From NCBI GenBank assembly GCA_965216875.1, contig OZ244207.1:5184001-5248000 (forward strand): a DNA stretch of 64,000 nt, written 5' to 3'. A program made the position numbers and the translations under genes. This DNA is from Rubripirellula sp. (GTDB lineage Bacteria > Planctomycetota > Planctomycetia > Pirellulales > Pirellulaceae). A model generated the notes under the pieces. That model saw nothing but the letters and a program-made list of their open reading frames with translations. It was not told the origin of the DNA and made no database searches. Shown here one piece after another: positions 19,379 to 30,445 of this stretch. The first letter of the stretch is position 1. Every line of letters starts with the position of its first letter.

Positions 19379-20209
19379 ATGAACCGAGAATCAGCAAGCG
19401 AAACGGAAAACGAACCGGTGATCCAGACCGTCGCGGAACCGCTCCAACAATACCTCAAGGAGGCACAACCGACGGCTCCTGCTCGACAGCAGGAGAGACC
19501 CGATTTGCCACTGCCCTACCGTCCCGCCAATCGTCAACCGCTTGCGCTGCTGACCGTCTTGGACGATGGAAGTCGCGAGGAAGGCGAAACCATTCGCATC
19601 CGAGATTCGAAGTTTGTGATTGGGCGAGAAAAAGGAGACTTATCGATTCCTTTCGATGCCGATCTGTCTGGCCTTCACGCTGAACTGCGGTGTCAAAAAC
19701 AGAAAGGACGCTTTCGTTGGTTCTTGATTGACCGAAGAAGCACCAATGGGTCCTTTGTTCGAGCGGTCCGCGCTTCGCTGTCGCGTGAAACCGAGTTGAT
19801 CATTGGCGGCCGACGCTATCTGTTTCAATTGCCTGAACCTGGCAAAGAAGTCGCCGACACCGACGTGCTGCAGACTCAGGCCTATCGTGCGCCTACACGA
19901 ACGATGCTTGAACAATTCGTCCCACAACTGATCGAAACAGGAGTTTCGGGTGAAGCCGCGGCAACGTTTTCCATCGGAGGCGAAGTGTTTATCGGCGGAG
20001 ACTCTCGTTGCCAAGTCCCGATCAAGGATGACCCATTCATCAATCCAAAACACGCTCGCCTGTACCAAGACGAAACAGAACGCTGGATGATCGAGGACCA
20101 AAAGTCCTTGAACGGAGTTTGGATCCGTGTCAAGAAATTTGCGATGGACAAGCAAACTGAATTTCAACTGGGTCAGCAACGATTCGTGTTTCGCCCCAAT
20201 GCCGGCTAA
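19379..20209 (+). CDS. Double FHA-domain protein
   Basis: FVIGR...LSGLHA...DRRSTNGSFV and IGG...INPKHA...DQKSLNGVWI. ATG at 19379. Confidence 0.88.
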   Translation: MNRESASETENEPVIQTVAEPLQQYLKEAQPTAPARQQERPDLPLPYRPANRQPLALLTVLDDGSREEGETIRIRDSKFVIGREKGDLSIPFDADLSGLHAELRCQKQKGRFRWFLIDRRSTNGSFVRAVRASLSRETELIIGGRRYLFQLPEPGKEVADTDVLQTQAYRAPTRTMLEQFVPQLIETGVSGEAAATFSIGGEVFIGGDSRCQVPIKDDPFINPKHARLYQDETERWMIEDQKSLNGVWIRVKKFAMDKQTEFQLGQQRFVFRPNAG

Positions 20210-20236
20210 AGCACCCGAGCCTCAAAGCAACCCATC

Positions 20237-21901
20237 ATGCCAGAAAACTCTTGGACAATCGGATCGGATTCCTCCTGCGATCTCGTTGTGGACAGCAACA
20301 CGGTCTCGGGACATCACTGCCGCCTTACACGTGATGGAAACGAATGGTCTTTGACCGATCTCAATTCGACCAATGGAACGTACATCAACGGTCAACAATT
20401 AGTCGGCTCGCGCAACATCAAAGCGACCGACACGATCACACTTGGTCAAACGCTGCCGATGCCGTGGCCAGCGCAGGTCGACACGCCCGCAAATTTGGAG
20501 TTAGCCGAGAATGCACTGGCGAAGAGGAAAGACACGTCTGCGACGACCCTCGACATTGGTCGTGGATCCGAAAACGATATCGTCCTGAGTGATTCCAACG
20601 TTTCAACGAATCACGCGCGGTTGATCATCGACGGAAGCGAAATCGTTATTGAGGATCTCGGTTCCACCAACGGAACGTCCATCAATAAGGTCGAGAACAA
20701 AATCAGCCGCAGTGCGGTCATTCGAACGGATACGGTCTTCTTTGGCTCGACACCCTACCTTGTCTCGGACTTACTTCATCGATCGACGCCCAGCGATGCC
20801 GCAACGAGAATCGAGCCCGGCAACGTAGCACGATCCGACACGGCATCGGCCAGCCGCCTGATCACGATGACCGTCAGTGGCATTGGACTACTGATGACGA
20901 TCTGGGGGATCTGGTTCTTCTCGCAAAAACCTGATGCCACTTCAACCACACAGGTCAACCAATCCAACCAAGCCGAAGCAACCGATTCTGTTCGCACCCC
21001 TCCGGAACCTGAGGTCCCTGCACGTAAGCAGCAAGCCGTCCCCGTCGACACGCCGCAAAACTTGACGGAAACCAACACGATCACGACCGCAATGTCGCCA
21101 GAAGATGCATTTGCTCGAGCCGTCTTTTTGATCGTATGCGCCGACGACAAACGTGAGACACCGTTTCGCGTGGGCACCGGTTTTGCGATTGATGCCAACA
21201 CGATTGTCACCACCGCATCGGTCATTCGCGCGATGCGCAGTTTGCAACAAAACGGGTATCCAACGACGTTCTTGTTCTCGCCAGCAGACGGGAATGAGTT
21301 CGATCTCGGGTCGGTGGTTATTCATCCGCAGTTTGAAGTCGCGGAGCAACGAGCGAGCAAGGCGCGACGGGCGCATGATGCGATCTACGATCAACTCGAA
21401 TCGCAACCTCCCGAGCCCGAAACGTTCGAATCCGTGAAGGATCGCATGGTCGCCGCGCGCGTTGAAGCGATGGAAGCAATGGACCAGCAGGCGAGTTTTG
21501 ACGTCGCGATCATCAACACAACGAAATCAATTCAACATTGGTTACCTGGCGCGTCACCGGATGCGAGCTTGCGTCCCAAACAGAAAATCACCGTGACCGG
21601 ATACGCATTTGACGTCGAGGATCCGTTTTTTGATCGCGATGTTCCGTTTGAACTGTCAACGATGGCCAGCCGTGTCGGCAAAGTTGTCCGCGGCCCCGAA
21701 TCCCCCGGCCGAATGTTGGCTCAGGGAAACGCTGAACAGTACGAGTACGCCTACCTTGGAAGTCCTGTACTCAATACGCAAGGGCAAGTTGTTGGCGTCT
21801 ACTCGCGTCCCACGCCACCAGAGATTGAGACGGAAGCGAACCCCGAAACCCTGTTTGACGCGGCGTTATTCAAACGCGTGCTTGAGTGTCGCCGCCCCTA
21901 G
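20237..21901 (+). CDS. FHA-FHA-TM protein with a C-terminal trypsin-like domain that appears catalytically inactive
   Basis: Two FHA domains (VSGHHC...DLNSTNGT; IGR...VSTNHA...DLGSTNGT); TM; GTGFAI...IVTTASV, FDVAII, YLGSPVLNTQGQVVGV. Confidence 0.85.
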   Translation: MPENSWTIGSDSSCDLVVDSNTVSGHHCRLTRDGNEWSLTDLNSTNGTYINGQQLVGSRNIKATDTITLGQTLPMPWPAQVDTPANLELAENALAKRKDTSATTLDIGRGSENDIVLSDSNVSTNHARLIIDGSEIVIEDLGSTNGTSINKVENKISRSAVIRTDTVFFGSTPYLVSDLLHRSTPSDAATRIEPGNVARSDTASASRLITMTVSGIGLLMTIWGIWFFSQKPDATSTTQVNQSNQAEATDSVRTPPEPEVPARKQQAVPVDTPQNLTETNTITTAMSPEDAFARAVFLIVCADDKRETPFRVGTGFAIDANTIVTTASVIRAMRSLQQNGYPTTFLFSPADGNEFDLGSVVIHPQFEVAEQRASKARRAHDAIYDQLESQPPEPETFESVKDRMVAARVEAMEAMDQQASFDVAIINTTKSIQHWLPGASPDASLRPKQKITVTGYAFDVEDPFFDRDVPFELSTMASRVGKVVRGPESPGRMLAQGNAEQYEYAYLGSPVLNTQGQVVGVYSRPTPPEIETEANPETLFDAALFKRVLECRRP

Positions 21902-21954
21902 CATCGACGACTCTGGCGCTGACTCACTGAGAGCCCCAACCGAGAATTCAAATC

Positions 21955-23100
21955 ATGAATAAGGCGATCGCGGCCCTATTGATCAGTTTCGCAATGTTCG
22001 AAACCTGCCTGGCTCAAAACGTCGTCGTTGTCGATCGCGCCTATCGTTATCCAACACGATTGCGATGGTCGCTTTACGATCCCTACTATGCCATCACGTC
22101 GCGAATCTATGCGCAAGCCGACCTGATTCGAGCACGGGGCGACGCTGCAGTCGATTTTGCTTACGCGCGCAACCTGCATGCGGAAGCCTATAGCAAGGAA
22201 CTCGACAATTGGAAAAAAGAGCTCCGGATCTATTGGGAGCGTAAAACGCTCGCCGAGCAAAAGAAGCTTGAACTTGATCACGTGCAACAGATTGCGCGGA
22301 TCAAGTACTTGAATGACCAAAAGTGGCAAAATAGTCGCGTATGGGATCGTCTAAAGAATCATCCCGAACTCACCGTTACCAAAATTCGAAATGGTAGCGC
22401 GCTCAACTTTATGCTCGCGCGGCTTGCCGCATCCTCGCTGCCCTATCGCTTCGACCGCGCATCTTCTCGCTATGGTGACGAGGCGCTCGACCAGCTTGAC
22501 CTTGCAGAGAACCTGTTAAGCAACGTGACGCTCACGCAAGGCCCTTTCAAGTTCACCGCCAGCCAGACTGTCGATGGAACGATCAGTCTATGGCCTTACA
22601 TTCTAAGATGGGATGAGTTTGAAGCGTCGCGGATCGCGTTTGAGAATGCTCGCACTGAGGTGACAAGAGAATCACAGGAGACGGGGCAAGCCTCCGTCGC
22701 CAGCATTCAACGAATGGAGTCGGCACTGATGACGCTCACCGGTGAATTCCACGGCTCGACGACGGTGTCTCAGTGGGTCAAGCAACGTCATCGCTACGCA
22801 CACTTCTATGCCAGCGATCGATTCTTGCAAAATCTCGACCGCGAGATCATGCAGCTGGAAAAGTCGGGTGACATTCGCCCGTTTCGTGGACAAAGCGGCT
22901 ACGACCCCAAGTCGGATGGCGAGCACCTGGTAAGTCTACTTTGTTTCATGAATCGAAATGGAGTCGAGTTCGCTCCGTCCAACCCAGGTAGCGAGTTCGC
23001 ATATCACAATCTTTTCGTCCTCATGCGCGGACTCTATTTGACCATCGCGGAAGAAGACGAATCAATCAAGCCAAAGAACCTCGGCGAGCTCGCCAAGTAA
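21955..23100 (+). CDS. Secreted hypothetical protein
   Basis: 381 aa ORF with a clear signal peptide (MNKAIAALLISFAMFETCLA-Q); last co-directional gene of the cluster. Confidence 0.75.
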   Translation: MNKAIAALLISFAMFETCLAQNVVVVDRAYRYPTRLRWSLYDPYYAITSRIYAQADLIRARGDAAVDFAYARNLHAEAYSKELDNWKKELRIYWERKTLAEQKKLELDHVQQIARIKYLNDQKWQNSRVWDRLKNHPELTVTKIRNGSALNFMLARLAASSLPYRFDRASSRYGDEALDQLDLAENLLSNVTLTQGPFKFTASQTVDGTISLWPYILRWDEFEASRIAFENARTEVTRESQETGQASVASIQRMESALMTLTGEFHGSTTVSQWVKQRHRYAHFYASDRFLQNLDREIMQLEKSGDIRPFRGQSGYDPKSDGEHLVSLLCFMNRNGVEFAPSNPGSEFAYHNLFVLMRGLYLTIAEEDESIKPKNLGELAK

Positions 23101-23192
23101 ATTCTTTCCATAGCGAACGCCCAATCGCCCTCGTCCAGTTGGTGCTATCCCGGGAAGGAACGGTGCATGCAGCGTCCCCAACAAGCTGGGGG

Positions 23193-23660
23193 CTACGGTG
23201 CGTGCTCGGCGAGTCGTTTTTGCTTGGCTTCGATCTGCTTTTTGACTTGGTTGATCGCGATGCCAGCGATGACGACCGAGATGATTCCAAACAGCGCCAA
23301 TGCTGTTCCGATCACTCCGCTGAGAATCGCAAACAGGGGATAGCCGTTGACCCCGAAAGCGATCGAACCGGAGATCGCGATTGCCAAGCCTGGGATCAAG
23401 ACAAAGAAGATCCGCAGTAGCAGTGAAACGACACGTTGGGACATGACGCCTTCGAGTGTGCGAATCTCTTCACGCCAACTCTCAACCCAATCCGGTTCGC
23501 TCGGCTCGATCACTTCCGCCGCGATCGGGGCCTCAGGAAGTGGCCGGGGCATCGACGAGCCACAGAAGTTACACAGCAAAGTCTCGTTGTCACCATTGGG
23601 ATGAATTGGCGCGTTACAAGTCGAGCACTTATACGCGACAGTTTCTTGCGTGACACTCAT
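23193..23660 (-). CDS. Small membrane protein with an N-terminal zinc ribbon
   Basis: CSTC...CNFC followed by two hydrophobic helices; 46 bp downstream of metH. Confidence 0.7.
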   Translation of the reverse strand: MSVTQETVAYKCSTCNAPIHPNGDNETLLCNFCGSSMPRPLPEAPIAAEVIEPSEPDWVESWREEIRTLEGVMSQRVVSLLLRIFFVLIPGLAIAISGSIAFGVNGYPLFAILSGVIGTALALFGIISVVIAGIAINQVKKQIEAKQKRLAEHAP

Positions 23661-23706
23661 CGACCGCCTGCTTGCTATGTGATCACTGGGCTCATTCAGG
23701 ACTGGC

Positions 23707-26700
23707 TCATTCTGGTTCGTAAGCCAAGTTTGGTGACAACCAACGCTCCGTCTCTTCGACCGACTGGCCTTTTCGTTTCGCGTACGATTCGATTTGATCC
23801 TTCGTCATTCGATCGACCGCAAAGTAGCGAGCATCGGGGTGTGCAAAGTACAAACCGCTAACGCTGGCTGCTGGAGTCATCGCAAAACTGGTTGTCAATT
23901 CTACACCCGTGTTCGCCTCGGCATCCAAAAGATCGAACAAGGCCCGCTTCTCCGTATGGTCTGGGCAAGCTGGATAGCCAGCCGCTGGCCGAATTCCGCG
24001 ATAACGCTCCTGGATCAGTTCGTCGTTGGTAAGGTTCTCTTCTTGGCCAAATCCCCACTCGTTGCGGGCGCGTTGATGCATCAATTCTGCAAAAGCTTCG
24101 GCCAAACGGTCGGCAACGGCTTGGACCATGATCGCCGAATAGTCGTCAACCTCTTTCTTGAATTGATTGGCAAGCTCTTCGGCGCCCACGCCAGCCGTTA
24201 CGACAAACCCGCCCACGAAATCTTCGCGGCCACTATCGACCGGCGCGACGTAATCGGCGAGTGAACGAAAATCTTTCTGGCCAACTCGCTCCCACTGCTG
24301 ACGAAGGCAATGAAGACGCTTCAGCTCGGTTGAACGCGAATCATCGGTGTAAAGGATGATGTCGTCGCCATCGCTGGCCGCTGGCCAGAAACCATAGGCT
24401 GCGTTGGCAGTCAACAGTTTCTCATCGACGATTCGATCGAGCAGCTTGTTGGCGTCGTCAAAAAGTTCTTTGGCTTGCTCACCAACCGTCGCGTCATCAA
24501 AGATCTTTGGATACTTTCCTTTGAGCTCCCAAGTCATGAAGAAGGGCGACCAATCGATGAATGGACGAATCTCGGCGATCGAAAAGTCCTCTAGCTTCTG
24601 AACACCGGTAAAACTTGGGCGATCGATTCGGACGTTCTGCCAATCGGTCGCGAATCGCTTTTCGAGTGCTTCGGCGTAAGGCACTAGCTTCTGCTGACGT
24701 TTCTGATAGCTCGCCACGAGCTGTTCTTGTAGTTGGTCATTTTCGGCAACGAACTTCTTTCGACCTTCTTCGCTGATCAATTGCTCGACCACGTTCACGC
24801 TGCGACTTGCGTCAAGCACGTGAACGATCGGCCCGTCGTACGCAGGTGCAATTTTCACCGCGGTGTGTTTCGCACTGGTCGTCGCGCCACCGATCAGCAA
24901 AGGCATGTCCAACCCCTTGCGTTTGGCTTCACGGGCGACGTGAACCATTTCGTCAAGGCTTGGCGTGATCAGTCCACTGAGGCCGATCATGTCGGCGCCT
25001 TGCTTTTCGGCTTCTTCGAGAATCGTTTCACTCGCGACCATCACGCCGAGGTCGATCACTTCGTAGTTGTTGCACTGCAAAACCACCCCAACGATGTTCT
25101 TGCCGATATCGTGCACGTCACCTTTGACGGTCGCAATCAGGAATTTGCCACGTGCGGCCGCGCCCTCGAGTCCCGCTGCCTTTTTTTCTTCTTCCATGAA
25201 CGGTTCGAGATAGGCAACCGCCTTTTTCATCACGCGAGCCGATTTAACGACTTGCGGAAGGAACATCTTGCCTTCGCCAAACAGGTCGCCAACCACCTTC
25301 ATGCCGTCCATCAACGGGCCTTCGATCACTTGCAAGCAGCGATCAAAGTGTTGTCGCGCTTCTTCGGTGTCTTCGACGATGTATTTGTCGATGCCTTTGA
25401 TCAGCGCGTGCTTCATCCGATCGGCGACAGGATCTTTTCGCCACGCTTCGTCTTCGACAGCCTTTTTCTTGCCCGTTCCTTTAACCGTTTCGGCAAACTC
25501 AAGCATCCGGTCGGTCGCGTCGTCACGACGATTCAAGAGCACATCTTCGACGTGCTCGAGCAGATCTTTGGGGATCTCTTCGTAGACTTCGAGCTGGCCC
25601 GCATTGACGATGCCCATGTCGAGTCCCGCTTTGACGGCGTGGAACAAGAATGCGCTGTGCATCGCTTCGCGAACTCGGTCGTTTCCTCGGAATGAGAAAC
25701 TGATATTGCTGACACCGCCGCTGGTTTTGGCACCAGGGCATTCTTCCTTGATGCGGCGAACGGCGTTGATGAAGTCGACCGCGTAGTTGTTGTGCTCTTC
25801 AATCCCGGTTGCGACGGTCAGGATATTGGGGTCAAAGATGATGTCTTCGGGTGGGAATCCAACTTCGTTGACCAGCAGGTCGTAGGCACGCTTACAGATT
25901 CGAACTTTGTTTTCTTCGTCTGCCGCTTGGCCTTCTTCATCGAATGCCATCACGACGGTCGCAGCACCATATTGGCGAACCAGACGCGCGCGACGTAGGA
26001 ACTCTTCCTCGCCATCCTTTAGCGAGATCGAGTTGACGATCGCTTTGCCTTGAACATTTTGCAGACCCGCTTCGATCACTTCCCAACGGCTACTGTCGAT
26101 CATCACCGGCACCGCAGCGACGGTGTCTTCGGCCGAGATCAGACGCAAGTAACGCGTCATCGCTTCGACGCCGTCAAGAAGTGCGTCATCGAAGTTGATA
26201 TCGATGATCGTTGCACCGTTTTGAACCTGTTGCCGCGCGACCTCAATCGCTTCTTCGTACAACTCCTCACGAATCAACCGAGCGAACTTGCGACTGCCTG
26301 TTACGTTGGTTCGTTCACCGACCATCGTAAAGGGGATCTCGGGACGCATGACCATCGGCAATTGTCCCGACAGTCGCGTGTAGACCGGGCCAACGTGATC
26401 CTGTTTTGGCTTGCGCCCTTCGATGCGCTGGGCAATCGCGCGGATGTGATCAGGCGTCGTTCCACAACATCCGCCCAAGATGTTGACCCAACCGTTATCG
26501 GCATACTCACCAACGATGTCGGCCATCGCTTTGGGGCCGAGATCGAACTGGCCCATTTCATTCGGCAGGCCAGCATTGGGGTGACACGAAACAGGAATGC
26601 CGGCAACTTGCGACAACTCTTCGATGTGAGGCCGCATCACATCGGGTCCGAGTGCACAGTTCATCCCAACGGTCAAAAGTGGGAAGTGAGAGATCGATGT

Positions 26701-27405
26701 CCAAAACGCTTCAATGTTTTGAGCACTGACGAATGTGCGGCCACCATCGGCAAAGGTACCGCTGGCCATCACGGGAACGGAACGGCCGCTGTCGACGAAA
26801 TACGCTTGGATTGCATACAGACACGATTTCAGATTCAACGTGTCGATCGCGGTTTCGGGCAAGAGAATATCGACGCCCGCTTCAACCAACGATTTGACTT
26901 GAGCGTAGTAGCTATCGGCCATTTCGTGAAACGTCGCCGCTCGGTGCGCCGGATCATCTTCAGTACTGATCGCAAGCTGCCGGGTGGTCGGTCCAATCGA
27001 TCCCGCGACAAAGCGGGGTTTGTCGGGTGTGCGCTCGGTCCATTCATCTGCGGCTTTGCGAGCACAGGCGACGGCGGCATGGTTGATCTCGTCGACCAGC
27101 TCGAGCGGTAGGTCAAACTCGACCATCCCAACCGGCGAAGCACCGAACGAATTGGTTTCGACGATGTCACTTCCGGCTTCGTAATAGGCCCGGTGAATGT
27201 CGGTGATCTTTTCGGGATGGGTCAGACAGAGGATGTCCGAAAAGTTCTTGAGGTCTTTGTGGTGGTCCGCGAACCGGTCGCCTCGAACACCCGCCTCATC
27301 AAGCGCGAGACGCTGGATCATCGTCCCCATGGCCCCATCGAGCATCAAGATTCGCTCGCGGATGAGGTGAGACAGTTGCGACTCGGTCGTATTTGGCTGG
27401 AGCAT
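23707..27405 (-). CDS. metH: Cobalamin-dependent methionine synthase
   Basis: [28 protein letters not shown]12 motif [10 protein letters not shown]...[22 protein letters not shown] at 27405. Confidence 0.98.
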   Translation of the reverse strand: MLQPNTTESQLSHLIRERILMLDGAMGTMIQRLALDEAGVRGDRFADHHKDLKNFSDILCLTHPEKITDIHRAYYEAGSDIVETNSFGASPVGMVEFDLPLELVDEINHAAVACARKAADEWTERTPDKPRFVAGSIGPTTRQLAISTEDDPAHRAATFHEMADSYYAQVKSLVEAGVDILLPETAIDTLNLKSCLYAIQAYFVDSGRSVPVMASGTFADGGRTFVSAQNIEAFWTSISHFPLLTVGMNCALGPDVMRPHIEELSQVAGIPVSCHPNAGLPNEMGQFDLGPKAMADIVGEYADNGWVNILGGCCGTTPDHIRAIAQRIEGRKPKQDHVGPVYTRLSGQLPMVMRPEIPFTMVGERTNVTGSRKFARLIREELYEEAIEVARQQVQNGATIIDINFDDALLDGVEAMTRYLRLISAEDTVAAVPVMIDSSRWEVIEAGLQNVQGKAIVNSISLKDGEEEFLRRARLVRQYGAATVVMAFDEEGQAADEENKVRICKRAYDLLVNEVGFPPEDIIFDPNILTVATGIEEHNNYAVDFINAVRRIKEECPGAKTSGGVSNISFSFRGNDRVREAMHSAFLFHAVKAGLDMGIVNAGQLEVYEEIPKDLLEHVEDVLLNRRDDATDRMLEFAETVKGTGKKKAVEDEAWRKDPVADRMKHALIKGIDKYIVEDTEEARQHFDRCLQVIEGPLMDGMKVVGDLFGEGKMFLPQVVKSARVMKKAVAYLEPFMEEEKKAAGLEGAAARGKFLIATVKGDVHDIGKNIVGVVLQCNNYEVIDLGVMVASETILEEAEKQGADMIGLSGLITPSLDEMVHVAREAKRKGLDMPLLIGGATTSAKHTAVKIAPAYDGPIVHVLDASRSVNVVEQLISEEGRKKFVAENDQLQEQLVASYQKRQQKLVPYAEALEKRFATDWQNVRIDRPSFTGVQKLEDFSIAEIRPFIDWSPFFMTWELKGKYPKIFDDATVGEQAKELFDDANKLLDRIVDEKLLTANAAYGFWPAASDGDDIILYTDDSRSTELKRLHCLRQQWERVGQKDFRSLADYVAPVDSGREDFVGGFVVTAGVGAEELANQFKKEVDDYSAIMVQAVADRLAEAFAELMHQRARNEWGFGQEENLTNDELIQERYRGIRPAAGYPACPDHTEKRALFDLLDAEANTGVELTTSFAMTPAASVSGLYFAHPDARYFAVDRMTKDQIESYAKRKGQSVEETERWLSPNLAYEPE

Positions 27406-27774
27406 TTTCGAAAGGGATCTGTCAGTAAGGCCAACTTCGCGTAAACCGCCCAAACCGCCAATCCAAGGATGAAGGACTGGCCTGGCGCATTCAGAATCGC
27501 CTAATCATCCTTCCATGACCCGAAATCGACAAGCCGAAGCTCGCAATTTGCGAGGTTTTCACGGTATTCGGGGCTTATTTGAAGATCCTTCGGCGGGACT
27601 TGGCGAAGACACCGCGGGGGCTGCCGATGTTCGCTAGCCCCCCAAGCTCTGGCATCCTGAACCAGCCAGGGTGGCCGCGATCCGCGTCAATGCGCAATCA
27701 ATGTGAGCCAAAGCCGCATTCAATCTTGCCGAAGCGGCTCAGTTTAGCTATTCCGCAAATACCTAAAGAACCAT

Positions 27775-28896
27775 TTGACCGATACCGATTTAACAGAGGT
27801 GGATGCCTGGAGATTTTCTCATGGGCGCCTCCTCCCACTTCCACGACCACGGAACCTTCGCATGACTGTCTCGCCACGGCGGGTCCAAGACGGCAGTCGC
27901 CATACGCCCGACGAACCATCCGGTTTCGAAAAGCAAGAACCTGCAACGCCACCGACCTTGTTCGAGTTGCGGAATCTTGGCAAACGCGCCGACAACGATG
28001 CGCAACCGACAACATGCGAGACGACGAAAGATGTCTCGCCCACGGTCGATCCGGTAAACGATGCGCCCGATGAAACGCCGCGAAGCAGCCGACGGGCGTC
28101 GCTCATCGAACAGGCGGAGTCCAAAGCGGAAGCCGAACAAGCTTTGCCCCAGCTGACTAAAGATGTCCAGCCGACCAATGACCGTGGGACATCCAAAGCG
28201 TCCACGCCGCCGGCACCAGCACCGCCGAACGATACGATCCTCGAACCGCTCGATCAACTGCCCGCGGGCCGGACGTGGATGGAAAAGATCGGTTCGCACG
28301 CCCTCGTGCTGGCCATGTTGTTGATCGTCGTTGCTGCAGCCTTCTTAACGGGCAATGGCAAAGACAACCAGCAATACGATGATTCGGTTGCCGACACGAT
28401 CACGGAACTCGATTTTGATTTGGGCGAAAACGCAGAGCTGCCCATTCCCGAACATGATCACGGCGCACCAAGTTCTGACATTACCGTGGCCGAAGCCGAG
28501 TCCGATTCGCTTTCACAAATCGGCAACAGCAATGTGATGGCGGCGAACGAACTCGATTCCGCAGTCGCGTTAAGCGAACCTGTGATCGATGTCGACTTGG
28601 ACGTGGAAACCAATCTGCCCGAAGCGACCGACGCATTGAAATCAGAACGAACCGAAGCCGTTGCGGTCTCCAATCGGTTGGACGCTTCAACGATTCCGAC
28701 ACTCGAAGACTTGGAATCGACGGGAGTGGTCGAAGTGGCCAAACCCGCTACAAGCAACGCGTCTGCCTTCAAAGGTCCTGCGTTTTCCAAGACTCCGTTT
28801 GGGATTTCGTTTGAGCTGGAAGCAGCGCTACAAACGCTGGACAGCTTCCAGACGGTTGGCACCGAAGCTGTCGACGCCCCCAACCCGCAAAACTAG
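27775..28896 (+). CDS. Acidic, low-complexity single-TM hypothetical protein
   Basis: 373 aa ORF, one TM (ALVLAMLLIVVAAAFL), 18 bp upstream of the next gene; start uncertain. Confidence 0.6.
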   Translation: MTDTDLTEVDAWRFSHGRLLPLPRPRNLRMTVSPRRVQDGSRHTPDEPSGFEKQEPATPPTLFELRNLGKRADNDAQPTTCETTKDVSPTVDPVNDAPDETPRSSRRASLIEQAESKAEAEQALPQLTKDVQPTNDRGTSKASTPPAPAPPNDTILEPLDQLPAGRTWMEKIGSHALVLAMLLIVVAAAFLTGNGKDNQQYDDSVADTITELDFDLGENAELPIPEHDHGAPSSDITVAEAESDSLSQIGNSNVMAANELDSAVALSEPVIDVDLDVETNLPEATDALKSERTEAVAVSNRLDASTIPTLEDLESTGVVEVAKPATSNASAFKGPAFSKTPFGISFELEAALQTLDSFQTVGTEAVDAPNPQN

Positions 28897-28914
28897 CACC
28901 TAGGCAGAAGTGTC

Positions 28915-30435
28915 ATGAGTTCATCGGACCAAACATTCGTCAAAGCCTTTTCACGACGCAAACGTGCGGCGGAATCGCACCCAAACGCTTCTTCCATGCC
29001 CACGGGGCAACCGGCCGCAGGTGAGCATGTGAACTCGGACATGCCTTCGAGTGCTGCTGGTCCACAAAAAGAGTCAGACGGGCAATCCGAGTCGAACCTT
29101 CAACCTGGCGAGCTGCACGTCGATCCAAGTGTCGCCCAATCCGCCTCGGTTTGGGTCGACCCAATCGAGAACGAGATGGCCCGCGTCGATCCTGGCGTGA
29201 ACGAGTTGCCCAAGCCACACGTCGACACCAGCCCGCCATCGATCAAGAGCGCTCTGCCTGAAGAGTTCACAACGCTCGACCAGCGGATTGAGGAACTGCA
29301 ACAACACATTCACACCGCCTACGCGACGGCATCGTTCACGACCGACACTTACGATGCGGCTCAGGATGCAATGGATGCGGACGCGATCGCCAACGCTGAA
29401 TTGCCGGCAGGGCTGGATTCGATCGATATCATCGAAGACGCCCACGAAGCCTCAGTAGACTCGCCTGGTTCATCGGAACCCAAGTCGCCGCGAGAGTCTG
29501 CCGAGCCCGTGCCGATTGTGCAGACGCGCATCGATCCACCTGAAACCTCACCGCTGGATCTTCACAAACCACACAGCAAACCACACAGCAAACCAACGGC
29601 GAAACAATCGGCTCCGCCCGAACCAAGCGACGTTGGCCCCGAACCTGACTCGAAGCCAGCCGAAGACGCGCAGCCAGACGGTAACGCGCAGCCAATCACT
29701 GAGGACATGCTCGCTTCGGCTGCAGCCAGCGTGTCGGCCGCTGCCACGACAACGCCGATCGAATCCAATCCCACTGCGAAGGCTGCTCCGATTGAACCCT
29801 TCCGGGCTGCTTGGGAAGTCGATGTCTTTGACATTCCCAACACGGTTGCGGATCTGTTCTTCGAGGGCGTGCTGTTCCAACAGATCGCCGAGCGAATGAT
29901 GGATGTCGTCGCTTCGGGCCTTGGCAGTATGATGATCACCAGCCATCAATCGGGTGAAGGTCGCAGCACGGTCGCGATCGGAATCGCGATGGCGGCCTCG
30001 GCAGCGGGTATTCGCGTCGCACTGATTGACGGCGACACCGAAGCTCCGACATTGATCGAAGATCTACGCTTGGATTTGCAACATGGATGGGTCGACAACG
30101 TACGCGGCGGATTGCCGTTAAAGGAAATCGCCATCCACGCGGTGGAAGATGGCCTGACACTGATTCCGTTGACGCCACCAACGTATCCAAGTGCAGCGGC
30201 GAGCCCCTATGAAATCAGCGAAGTGGTCAAGGCGCTTCGCGATCGCTTCGACTTGGTGGTGATGGACGGTGGCTGCGGTGCAACACCCGCGGTGTGCCAA
30301 ACGGCATCCGCTTTCGACAGTGTGGTGATCGTCCGCGACCAGAAAAAGACCGATGACGAAACCATCCATCAGTTCGCCAAGAAGCTAACCGACGCGGGTG
30401 TGCCAGGCGTCGGCTTGGTCGAAAATTTTCGCTAA
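28915..30435 (+). CDS. CpsD/CapB (BY-kinase/ParA-like) P-loop domain protein with a long disordered N-terminus
   Basis: MMITSHQSGEGRST (Walker A-like), VALIDGD, FDLVVMD, terminal GLVENF; first ~290 aa Pro/acidic. Confidence 0.75.
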   Translation: MSSSDQTFVKAFSRRKRAAESHPNASSMPTGQPAAGEHVNSDMPSSAAGPQKESDGQSESNLQPGELHVDPSVAQSASVWVDPIENEMARVDPGVNELPKPHVDTSPPSIKSALPEEFTTLDQRIEELQQHIHTAYATASFTTDTYDAAQDAMDADAIANAELPAGLDSIDIIEDAHEASVDSPGSSEPKSPRESAEPVPIVQTRIDPPETSPLDLHKPHSKPHSKPTAKQSAPPEPSDVGPEPDSKPAEDAQPDGNAQPITEDMLASAAASVSAAATTTPIESNPTAKAAPIEPFRAAWEVDVFDIPNTVADLFFEGVLFQQIAERMMDVVASGLGSMMITSHQSGEGRSTVAIGIAMAASAAGIRVALIDGDTEAPTLIEDLRLDLQHGWVDNVRGGLPLKEIAIHAVEDGLTLIPLTPPTYPSAAASPYEISEVVKALRDRFDLVVMDGGCGATPAVCQTASAFDSVVIVRDQKKTDDETIHQFAKKLTDAGVPGVGLVENFR

Positions 30436-30445
30436 CGAGCCGCCC

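Noticed and set aside
27461..27495. SAM-I-like fragment ATCCAAGGATGAAGGACTGGCCT near metH
   Set aside because: Wrong strand for metH, and it lacks the AGAG, GCAACC and GGTGC..A.TCC elements.
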